A stretch of DNA of 55,852 nt from Chloroflexota bacterium. Lineage in GTDB: Bacteria; Chloroflexota; Limnocylindria; Limnocylindrales; CSP1-4. The position numbers and the translations under genes were made by a program. Below the pieces are notes generated by a model that was not told the DNA's origin, searched no databases, and saw only the letters and a list, made by a program, of their open reading frames with translations. The stretch is taken from assembly GCA_025351245.1 (NCBI GenBank), contig JANXWH010000098.1, positions 1 to 55,852 on the forward strand, written 5' to 3'. This document shows positions 49,901-55,852 of this stretch, one piece after another. The stretch's first letter is position 1. Every line of letters starts with the position of its first letter.

Positions 49901-51695
49901 CCTCCCCCACTCCGCTGGTGCGGAGCCGCCCGCCACGAGCATGGTCGAGTTGTCCCATGTCGTCGACGAGCCCACGCGCGCCCGCGCGGACGGCCGAGGC
50001 TTCACCGTCCCGGACCTGACCGGGCCGTCGGAAGAACTCCGCGAAGCCGCCGTCAACCTCCAGGTCCCGCCGGACCATCACCGAGTCGTACGTCTCGAGC
50101 GCCTTCGCCACCCGGTCCACGAGGGGCCGCGGGAAGCCGAGGGCGGTGCCCACCTCGCGGACCGCCGAGCGCGCCCGGTACGTCACGAGATTGCAGACCA
50201 TCCCGGTGTGCTCGGCGCCGTAGCGCTCGTAGACGTACTGGATCACCTCCTCGCGGCGCGCCGAGGAGAAGTCGATGTCCACGTCCGGGTAGGTGGTCCG
50301 GCCCTCGTTGATGAACCGCTCGAAGAGGAGGTTGTGGCGGATGGGATCCACGCGGGTGATCCCGAGCGCGTACGCCACGATCGAATCCGCGGCACTCCCC
50401 CGTCCCTGGGCGGGGATCCGGCGTTCCTTCGCGAAGCGCATCAGGTCCCAGCAGATGAGGAAGAACTCGGCCAGGCCGGTCCGCTCGATGACATCCAGCT
50501 CGTGGGCGAGCTGGCGGACGACCGGTGGCGTCACCGGGTGATAGCGGCGCCGGATCCCCGCGTGGCAGAGCTCCACGAGGTACGAGAACGGCGTCTCGCC
50601 GCCGGGGACCGTGAAGCCCGGGAAGCGGTACCGCTCGAAGCCCAGGTCCACCGTGCAGGCCGCCGCGAGCGTGCCCGCGTTCGCGAGCCCCTCCGCCCAG
50701 GCGCGCGCGGTGTGCGGGTCCGAGGCGGCCGGGTCGCCGGGAGGGAGGGCCGCGAGCTCGGCCGCGGACTTGAGGTGATGCTCGCCGCTGGGGGTGCGCA
50801 GGTCGGCGAGCGTCTCGAGGCTCCGGCCGTGGCGGATCGCCACCAGGACGTCGTGAAGCTCGCGGTCTCCCGGGCGCGCGTAGTGGACGTCGTTCGTGAC
50901 GACCACCGGGAGGCCCAGCTCAGCGGCCAGGCGCGCGGACTCCGCCACGAGCCAGTCATCGTCGGGGAGGAGATGATGGGCCAGCTCGATCACGAAGCCG
51001 GCGCCGGCGATCGTCTCGCCGGGACCGCCGAACCGGCGCGCATATTCCTCGGCCACCGCCCGCGCCCCCGCCCGGTCGCCCGCCCGGAGCCGCCGCGCCA
51101 GCTCGCTCTCCCGGCAGCCCGAGAGCGCCACGAGCCCGTCGACGTGATCCGCGAGGAGCGCCTGGGTGAGCCGGGGCGCGGCCTTGGTCCCGGCCAGGTT
51201 CGCGCGGCTCAGGAGCCGGCAGAGGCTCCGGTACCCGGTCGCGTCGCGGGCGAGCAACACGAGATGCGGTCCCCGCTGGGGCGCCCCCACGCCGCGGTGG
51301 TCCTCCTTCGTCGCTGCCCGGTGGCCGGGCAGGCGCGCGCGCTCCGGTCGCGGCCGGACGGGCAGGCCCGCGAGCGGCCGCTCGGCCCGAGCGCCGTCGG
51401 GGGCGGACGGGTGACCCCGGCGGGCAGGCCGGCGACCCGGGATGACAAGCCCGTCCGGATCCGGGACCAGCGGGTCGGCGAGCTCCACCTCCACCCCGAT
51501 CACCGGATGGAGGCCCGCCTCCTCCGCCGCCGTCGCGAAGCGGACGACCCCGTAGAGGCCCCGGTGGTCCGTGACGGCAAGGCCCGAGAGCCCCAGCTCC
51601 ACGGCCCGCGCGACGAGGTCCGCGGGCGGCGAGGCGCCGTCGAGGAAGGAGAAGTTCGTGTGCGCGTGGAGCTCGGCATAGGGCGGCGCGGGCAT
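46956..51695 (-). CDS. dnaE2: Error-prone DNA polymerase III alpha-like subunit DnaE2 (ImuC) with a large internal insertion
   Basis: The PHP N-terminus reads YAELHAHTNFSFLDGAS. Palm and finger motifs are present (FPRHLSIHTGGMLV, VVQFDKRDVE, GLLKIDLLGL-like), along with a C-terminal OB region. At 1579 aa it is much longer than typical DnaE2, which I recall as about 1050-1100 aa. Confidence 0.9.
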   Translation of the reverse strand: MPAPPYAELHAHTNFSFLDGASPPADLVARAVELGLSGLAVTDHRGLYGVVRFATAAEEAGLHPVIGVEVELADPLVPDPDGLVIPGRRPARRGHPSAPDGARAERPLAGLPVRPRPERARLPGHRAATKEDHRGVGAPQRGPHLVLLARDATGYRSLCRLLSRANLAGTKAAPRLTQALLADHVDGLVALSGCRESELARRLRAGDRAGARAVAEEYARRFGGPGETIAGAGFVIELAHHLLPDDDWLVAESARLAAELGLPVVVTNDVHYARPGDRELHDVLVAIRHGRSLETLADLRTPSGEHHLKSAAELAALPPGDPAASDPHTARAWAEGLANAGTLAAACTVDLGFERYRFPGFTVPGGETPFSYLVELCHAGIRRRYHPVTPPVVRQLAHELDVIERTGLAEFFLICWDLMRFAKERRIPAQGRGSAADSIVAYALGITRVDPIRHNLLFERFINEGRTTYPDVDIDFSSARREEVIQYVYERYGAEHTGMVCNLVTYRARSAVREVGTALGFPRPLVDRVAKALETYDSVMVRRDLEVDGGFAEFFRRPGQVRDGEASAVRAGARGLVDDMGQLDHARGGRLRTSGVGEAGNGRLPRREDARRAGEGPAAQAVAIRPGGPSDDTLGPAARHTLGHAIRPGGPSDDTLGPAAQAVAVGHTLGPAIRHTLVPAHGPTLVPAAQAVAVSAPGVGDSIPGASVAAPSPGTRSGGPAAALSERVRGASRSDQAPGSSQPGGSRLVAGTTDGGTLLANDGSDTAAFRHALPFRLSGRPDGRPPFGGPRPAIRSGGPSDDKGGPGDSPASVAWLARGGSPTAVGPPTRGGSPVVTSAHTFGPGAGPRRVSDVPGTMDGRAIDAESGILEPPPRSVDRLGRPRHWDPAPAHGPTPAPDPEAPAPGPTPGIDPEAPSRPRGGSVAGLSPWERWLELCARIDGFPRHLSIHTGGMLVTAAPLIDIAPLERATMPGRVVVQFDKRDVETLKLIKLDLLGLGMLAAMDETLALVEHDCATCVDLDRLPEEIPEVFAMLQAADTVGVFQVESRAQMQTLPKSRPNCLDDLVVEVAIIRPGPIQGNAVHPYLRRRQGLEPVTYLHPSLEPILRDSMGVILYQEQVMRIAIEVAGFSPGDSDGFRRAMGTWRSSAEMEKLHARFVDGCVRVQGMPRVDAEELYRGVAGFASFGFAKSHAAAFARTAYESAFLKLFYPAQFLVGLVNAQPMGFYPVEVLVNDAKRHGVAVLPVDVNASLHRTTTEWAGRPGWALAGTAGDDGRHDGDPGEPLPADAGIAARPRPVRSSACVIPVSAARERWAAEGTVGWGVRLGLHLVKGIGKEHAAHLDVERARGPYTSLPDVVERTGLPEEVLERLIRAGALDSLGRPRRELLWQLREVARPAKGAPRGGGRVAGRPLDLRLPATPAPDLPPLTELERLGDSYAILSLDARRQVVGLFRPALERLGAVTNAALAERRPGRVRVGGLVVTRQHPMTAKGTVFLALEDETGMVNVTLWPDTWARLRGVVRRNALLVVDGSLQRESSVVNVVAHEIRPLVEMARPAGGPERPDGVRQLGHAGMRRLG
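49617..49850. repeat. Direct repeats inside the dnaE2 insertion
   Basis: A 47-nt perfect repeat, CCGCGGGGCCGAGCGTGTCGTCCGACGGCCCACCGGGCCGAATCGCG, occurs at 49718-49764 and 49784-49830 (period 66 nt, or 22 codons). GCGACGGCCTGGGCCGCGGGG recurs three times. Confidence 0.8.
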
Positions 51696-51758
51696 GGCAC
51701 GACCCGGTGGACAGCGTCGAGAAGGGACGGCGGCGCGGCCGTCGCGGCCGGCGGGGGT

Positions 51759-51774
51759 AGGTCAACGATAGAAC
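51759..51774. promoter_or_regulatory. LexA/SOS box candidate TAGAACATACGTTCTA
   Basis: It is a perfect palindrome with a GAAC-N4-GTTC core. It lies 64 nt upstream of the dnaE2 start and 68 nt upstream of a divergent small ORF. Confidence 0.7.
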
Positions 51775-51842
51775 ATACGTTCTACCAACGTCAAGACCCG
51801 CGACTGCAACAAACGAGCCCGCTCGGACGTCAACTGGGGACG

Positions 51843-51968
51843 ATGCACGCGCTCGCCCACGGCACCCGGACCTTCCTTCCCTCGCTCGCGCTGGTCCTGC
51901 TCGCGGTCGCGTTCGTCTTCGGCGCTCTCCCGGCGCTCCTCGCGGCCGCCGCAGGAACCGCCCCGTAA
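51843..51968 (+). CDS. Small hydrophobic ORF (41 aa), hypothetical
   Basis: The protein reads MHALAHGTRTFLPSLALVLLAVAFVFGALPALLAAAAGTAP and has a single TM helix. It is divergent from dnaE2 across the SOS box. The SD (GGGGA) is weak. Confidence 0.3.
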   Translation: MHALAHGTRTFLPSLALVLLAVAFVFGALPALLAAAAGTAP

Positions 51969-52091
51969 CCAACGAGCACGTCCCGTCGTCCGGTACTGGG
52001 GTCCGGACGATCGCCGTTCGGGTCCCGCTGGTGGTCCCACTGCCGCGGGGCCCGAACGTCTTCTGGACCCGGACGCGAGCGGCGGATTAGG

Positions 52092-52667
52092 ATGGCGCCG
52101 ATGCAGACCCGACGACGCTCCCATTCCATCGGTGTTCGCGCCCTGGTGTGCCTCTTCGCGGCGACCGGCCTGCTGGCCGCCTGCACCGGTGCCGCGAGTC
52201 CTGCGACGGCGCCCACGACCTCCAGCCACGGCCCGTCCGCGTCCACCCCCGCCCAGACGCTCGCGGCCGTCACGCCGACTCCCCGCGCGACGCTCGCGGC
52301 CATCACGCCGACTCCCGGCGCCGCCACGGTGGTGACGGTGGCGTGGGGCAAGATCTGGGACCGGGTGCCGTCGAGCTTCCCGGTCCCGTCCGACGCCGAG
52401 CCGGCGCAGCCTGCCGACCCGGTGGAGGGCCCGTCGAGCGGTGTCTTCACGACGAGCCTCGGCGTGGACGAGGCGGCGCAACGCATCGAGGCCGCCCTCA
52501 CGGCGGCCGGCTGGTCCCTCGGAGCGATGACCTCGGGCGAGGACGGCAGCCGTGACATCTCCGCGGTCGGCGCGAGCCCGGGCTGTCGGTCGCGGGTGAT
52601 CGTTCGCCCGCTTGGCAGCGTGCACTTCGTGACCGTCTACTATGGCGCGAGCTGCCCCCGGCCCTGA
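52092..52667 (+). CDS. Putative lipoprotein, function unknown
   Basis: It has a signal peptide with a lipobox (LFAATGLLAAC|TG), a PT-rich linker and a roughly 110-aa globular C-terminal part. Confidence 0.65.
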   Translation: MAPMQTRRRSHSIGVRALVCLFAATGLLAACTGAASPATAPTTSSHGPSASTPAQTLAAVTPTPRATLAAITPTPGAATVVTVAWGKIWDRVPSSFPVPSDAEPAQPADPVEGPSSGVFTTSLGVDEAAQRIEAALTAAGWSLGAMTSGEDGSRDISAVGASPGCRSRVIVRPLGSVHFVTVYYGASCPRP

Positions 52668-52697
52668 CCCGGCGGACCCACCAGAGGAGCGCGCGCG

Positions 52698-52829
52698 ATG
52701 GGACCGACGGCACGCGAGTGGCTGGGCGCCGGCCTCCTGGTGCTGGTCCTCGTGGGGCTGATCATCGTGCTCGTCGCGGCCGGCGCCTCCGGTGCGAAGC
52801 CCGCCGCGCTCGCCCTGCTCCTCGCCTGA
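52698..52829 (+). CDS. Small membrane ORF (43 aa), hypothetical
   Basis: The protein reads MGPTAREWLGAGLLVLVLVGLIIVLVAAGASGAKPAALALLLA. GAGGAG lies 8 nt upstream of the ATG. It is absent from the ORF track. Confidence 0.35.
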   Translation: MGPTAREWLGAGLLVLVLVGLIIVLVAAGASGAKPAALALLLA

Positions 52830-52928
52830 CGCGAACGTCGGCCCACGGCCGGACGATGCCGGACGGCCCACGGCCGGACGGCCCACGGCCGGACGATGCC
52901 GGCGAGTCCGCGGTCAATCGCGCGGCCG

Positions 52929-53177
52929 TCAGTCGTAGAGCCGTTCCAGGTGCCACGAGCCGTCCACGCGGTCCAGGTAGACGAGGGCGAGCCACTGGCG
53001 TCCGACAACCTTGAAGTAGTCGCGCGCGATCGGGCGACCCCACCACGCCTCGTCGACGCGCCAGCGCGTGCAGACCTCCACCGGCTCGCGACGGCCGGCC
53101 CAGCGAATCGCGACGAGGCGGCCGGCTTCGTCCAGCTCCGCCTCCACGGCCGGGTGCTCGCGCAGGAGGCGCGTCAC
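52929..53177 (-). CDS. Small conserved-looking protein (82 aa) translationally coupled to imuB, function unknown
   Basis: The protein reads VTRLLREHPAVEAELDEAGRLVAIRWAGRREPVEVCTRWRVDEAWWGRPIARDYFKVVGRQWLALVYLDRVDGSWHLERLYD. The GTG at 53177 overlaps the imuB TGA (GTGA). The composition is aromatic-rich and not low-complexity. Confidence 0.6.
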   Translation of the reverse strand: MTRLLREHPAVEAELDEAGRLVAIRWAGRREPVEVCTRWRVDEAWWGRPIARDYFKVVGRQWLALVYLDRVDGSWHLERLYD

Positions 53178-54463
53178 CGGGCCGGCTCCGCGCCGTCGGC
53201 GGCCACGGGACGCCACGTCCAGCGTGCCTCGGGCAGCGGCGCCTCGGGATCGGCGAGGGCCAGCCGGCCCACTCGACCCTCCCCATAGCGGACGGCCAGC
53301 CGGGCGAGCTGCCAGCCGAGCCGGGTGGCCGCGTTCGCCTGGGGGACAAAGAGCGCGAGCTGGTAGCCGGCGGCGGGCGTGACGTCGAGCAGCTCCAGGT
53401 CCAGGCGCGCGATCGGCGCGGCGGGCGGGTCCTTCTCGAGGCGCGCGAGGAGGAGCCGCTCCAGCGCCTCCGGATCCGCGGAGGGTTCCGGGAACCGCTG
53501 CTCCACGATCCGCCGCGGGAGGTCCTCGCCGGGGAGCGGGAGCCGGCCCGGCAGGAACGTGGGGTCGAGCGTGAGCGTCAACCGGGCGCGTCCCGCGGCC
53601 GAGCCCCGCGCGTCGAGCTGCGCCGCGAGCGCCCCCGCGACCCGCCGCAGGACGAAGCGGACCGCCTCCAGCCCGACGATCGGCTCGTCGGTGGAGAGCC
53701 CCAGCGCCAGCCGTTCGGGACTGCGGCGCGGGCGGAACGGCTCCGTCTCGCGGCCGTTCGCCCGATCGTGGAGCCGCGCGCCGACGTCCGTCCCGAAGCG
53801 CGCCACGAGCGCCGAGCGCGGCAGCACGCCGACCTCCCCGATCGTCGCGAGGCCGAACCGGGCAAGCCGGGCACGCACCTCCGGATCGCGCGAGAGGGCC
53901 GCGGCCGGGAACGGGGCGAGGAACGCGGCATCCCCGCCGGGCGGCACGCAGACACACGGGACGGCGGCCGGGCCCGGGCCGGTGGCGGCGGCGAGCGCGG
54001 CCGCGAACCGGGTCCCGGCGATCCCCGCCCGCGGCGTCCCCGGGAGAAGCGGCGCGAGCGCGGCACGGACCTTCGCGAGCAGGACCGGCTCCGACCCCCA
54101 GAGCGGCTCCAGGCCGTCGAGCTGGACCTCGAGCGTCCCAAACGCGAGATCGGCGGCATCAAGCGGGCCGGCGATGCCCGGGCTGAACGCCGCGAGCGTA
54201 TCGAGCGCCGCTTCGACGGCCGTCGCGTCCGCCCCGGGGTCGGGCGGGATGAACGTGGCCTCCGGGGCGAGCCGGTGCGCCTGCCCGAGGGGGATCCCCC
54301 GCCGGACGCCGAGATCCCGGGCGGCCTGGTTCGCGTCGAGGACGACGCCGTCATCCCACGGCTGCCCGCCGAGGATAAGCGGTCCGTCGGGCAGGTTCCC
54401 GGGCGGCCGCTGCCGGGCGAGCCGGAGCGCGAGATGTGGCCAGGAGAGATGGAGGAGGCGCAT
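53174..54463 (-). CDS. imuB: ImuB, Y-family polymerase-like mutasome subunit
   Basis: The N-terminus MRLLHLSWPHLALRLA...VVLDANQAARDLGVRRGIPLGQA is typical of ImuB-type, catalytically inactive Y-family proteins. Its position between imuA' and dnaE2 fits. Confidence 0.85.
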   Translation of the reverse strand: MRLLHLSWPHLALRLARQRPPGNLPDGPLILGGQPWDDGVVLDANQAARDLGVRRGIPLGQAHRLAPEATFIPPDPGADATAVEAALDTLAAFSPGIAGPLDAADLAFGTLEVQLDGLEPLWGSEPVLLAKVRAALAPLLPGTPRAGIAGTRFAAALAAATGPGPAAVPCVCVPPGGDAAFLAPFPAAALSRDPEVRARLARFGLATIGEVGVLPRSALVARFGTDVGARLHDRANGRETEPFRPRRSPERLALGLSTDEPIVGLEAVRFVLRRVAGALAAQLDARGSAAGRARLTLTLDPTFLPGRLPLPGEDLPRRIVEQRFPEPSADPEALERLLLARLEKDPPAAPIARLDLELLDVTPAAGYQLALFVPQANAATRLGWQLARLAVRYGEGRVGRLALADPEAPLPEARWTWRPVAADGAEPAR

Positions 54464-55613
54464 CGGTCGATGGGTGGGGCTCGTGCTGCGGTCCAGGTGG
54501 AATGGCGGAGATGGGTTGGAGGGAGGTGACGGCGGAAGTGGCGGCGCCCCGCCGGAGGATGCCGGGCGGCGCTCCCGCGACGGGCGGCGCTCCCGCGACG
54601 GGCTCCTCCACCAGGAGCTCGTCGCGGGCCAGGCAGCGGTCCCGCGGCCCGCCCTCCGCGTAGAGGATCCGGAGCGTGGTCCGCCGGTCCGGCGCCCCGT
54701 GGTGGTCCTTCGCGACGCGGACCTCCGTCCGCTGCCCCACGACCTCGCGACCCAGCCGGACCCAGCCGCTCCGCCGGAGCTCCAGGCGCAGGCCGGCGCC
54801 CTCGTCGAGCGCGGCCCGGAGCGGCGCGGGGGTGTCGGCCGGCTCGAGGACGAGAAGGAGCGCGCCGGCCCGCCGGGCGAACGCGACCAGTCGTGCCAGC
54901 TGGTCGGCGAGGTTGGGCGCGCGCGGGCCGCGCCGGACCGGGACCATGGGGGTTGCCGGCGTGGTGGTTGCCGGCCGCCCCGCGCGCGCCAGCCGCCCCG
55001 CGCGCGCCGTCCCCAGGTCCAGCACCAGGATGTCCACCGCGCGCGCCTGGAGCAGCGTGCCGGCCATCGCGAGCGCCTCGGCCGAGTCGTCCGGTACCAG
55101 GACCGCGAGCCACTCGAGACGGACGCCGCGGGCCACCGCCTCGACGGGGTCGAGCGCATGCGGGAGGTCCACCCAGGCAGCGAGCGCGCCCCCGACCTGC
55201 GCCTCGGCGAGCACTCGGAGCGCGAGCGTCGTCGCGCCGCTGGAACCCGCTCCCGCGAGCGCGACGGTCCCGGCCCGCGGGAGGCCGCCGGCGGCGAGGA
55301 GCGCGTCGAGCGCGGGAAAACCCGTCGGGATCGTCCGGTCGGGCGCGGCCGGTGCGGGTCGGGAGCGAGGCACGACGGGAATCGGGTTTGGCGTCCGCAT
55401 GTCGGGCAGCGGGAGCAGCGCTGGGTGACCGCCGGGAGGCGGGGTCCTGGTGTCGGGCGCCGTTGTCAGCGGCCCGGTCGTCGGCTGGTTCGCCGTCGGG
55501 CGAGAGGCCACCGCGAGCGCGCCGAACACCTCCGTCGCCGGCCGCGGAGCTGCCGCACCCCAGCGCTCCCGGAGAGAGGCGAGGACGGCGGCGCGGTCGG
55601 GGTGGCGGTCCAT
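54351..55613 (-). CDS. imuA: ImuA'-like RecA-fold protein (SOS mutasome component) with a low-complexity C-terminal tail
   Basis: It contains TGFPALDALLAAGGLPRAGTVALAGAGSSGATTLALRVLAEA, a degenerate RecA/SulA-like P-loop region. The ATG at 55613 lies just downstream of an SOS box. The longer track ORF would run into the tRNA gene. Confidence 0.75.
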   Translation of the reverse strand: MDRHPDRAAVLASLRERWGAAAPRPATEVFGALAVASRPTANQPTTGPLTTAPDTRTPPPGGHPALLPLPDMRTPNPIPVVPRSRPAPAAPDRTIPTGFPALDALLAAGGLPRAGTVALAGAGSSGATTLALRVLAEAQVGGALAAWVDLPHALDPVEAVARGVRLEWLAVLVPDDSAEALAMAGTLLQARAVDILVLDLGTARAGRLARAGRPATTTPATPMVPVRRGPRAPNLADQLARLVAFARRAGALLLVLEPADTPAPLRAALDEGAGLRLELRRSGWVRLGREVVGQRTEVRVAKDHHGAPDRRTTLRILYAEGGPRDRCLARDELLVEEPVAGAPPVAGAPPGILRRGAATSAVTSLQPISAIPPGPQHEPHPSTDAPPPSLLATSRAPARPAAAAREPARRTAYPRRAAVG

Positions 55614-55625
55614 CGGACGGCCACG

Positions 55626-55643
55626 ATAGAACATCTGTTCGAT
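55626..55643. promoter_or_regulatory. LexA/SOS box candidate ATAGAACATCTGTTCGAT
   Basis: It has a GAAC-N4-GTTC core and lies 13 nt upstream of the imuA' ATG. It shares the flank CGATAGAACAT with the dnaE2 box. Confidence 0.7.
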
Positions 55644-55775
55644 GTTGGGAAGGGCCATATGGCGCGCCACGCCGGCCCGGCCGCCGGCACTGACCGGCCC
55701 GGCCGCCGGCTCCGGAGGCCGTGCTACACTCTCGCCCGGCGATCGCCCCCTGAGCGCGTGCGATCGGCCTCCCGT

Positions 55776-55851
55776 GGGGATGTAGCTCAGCTGGAAGAGC
55801 ACCGCGTTCGCATCGCGGGGGTCAGGGGTTCGAGTCCCCTCATCTCCACCA
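55776..55851 (+). tRNA. tRNA-Ala (anticodon CGC) with encoded CCA
   Basis: A hand-folded cloverleaf gives acceptor GGGGATG/CATCTCC with the G3:U70 alanine identity pair. The D arm is GCTC/GAGC, the anticodon stem CCGCG/CGCGG, the anticodon loop TTCGCAT and the T arm AGGGG-TTCGAGT-CCCCT. Confidence 0.93.
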
Positions 55852-55852
55852 C

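Noticed and set aside
48921-50030. An intein or group II intron inside dnaE2.
   Set aside because: There is no Cys/Ser at the N-terminal splice junction with conserved block A/B residues, no His-Asn C-terminal junction and no homing endonuclease motifs. There are no reverse-transcriptase or intron domain V-like features. The sequence is low-complexity and repetitive.
49653-51968. A 771-aa plus-strand ORF.
   Set aside because: It is antisense to dnaE2. Only its last 41 codons (from the ATG at 51843), outside dnaE2, were kept as a low-confidence small ORF.
55614-55802. An N-terminal extension of the imuA' ORF back to 55802.
   Set aside because: It would translate through the SOS box and into the tRNA-Ala gene. 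The ATG at 55613, directly after the box, fits the ImuA' homology.

Overview
This is a very GC-rich chromosomal segment (GC not computed). It is densely packed with about 50 genes, mostly housekeeping and mostly on the minus strand. No transposase, integrase, phage or CRISPR/cas genes were seen. Many long ORFs in the track are antisense or out-of-frame artefacts of the high GC. Most gene starts below were re-derived by hand from Shine-Dalgarno motifs and stop/start overlaps.

Gene content in order:
- Glycerol/dihydroxyacetone cluster: glpK, dhaL, dhaK, glpF, a second dhaL-like gene and dhaM.
- A divergent third dhaL-like gene, translationally coupled to a soluble PAS histidine kinase and an OmpR-type response regulator.
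- mfd, pth, ybeY, a 7TM-HD (PgpH-like) gene, yqeY and rpsU.
- Cupin and acyl-CoA synthetase.
- Lipoprotein, HIT, mtaB, a small membrane ORF, prmA and dnaJ.
- ppgK, a three-gene ABC-2 exporter and a divergent HTH protein with a PD-(D/E)xK-like motif, lying between dnaJ and dnaK.
- dnaK, grpE and hrcA, with two tandem CIRCE operators.
- hemW, a CPBP protease and lepA.
- rpsT carrying a long Ala/Lys-rich tail.
- eno, pgk and gap.
- A zinc-ribbon mini-protein.
- A roughly 1180-aa surface protein with a lamin-tail domain and repeated beta-rich modules.
- An SOS mutasome locus: dnaE2 with a roughly 370-aa low-complexity insertion, imuB, imuA', an extra 82-aa coupled ORF and two GAAC-N4-GTTC boxes.
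- tRNA-Ala(CGC) at the right edge.

The gene order (lepA-hemW-hrcA-grpE-dnaK ... dnaJ-prmA-mtaB ... rpsU-yqeY-yqfF-ybeY, pth-mfd) resembles Bacillus despite the high GC. That suggests a deep-branching high-GC lineage such as some Actinomycetota or Chloroflexota, but this is only an inference.

The most interesting candidates are:
- the DhaL-like/HK/RR operon;
- the HTH-nuclease-like protein next to the ABC exporter;
- the LTD multi-repeat surface protein;
- the interrupted DnaE2;
- the extra SOS-box-associated small genes in the mutasome locus.
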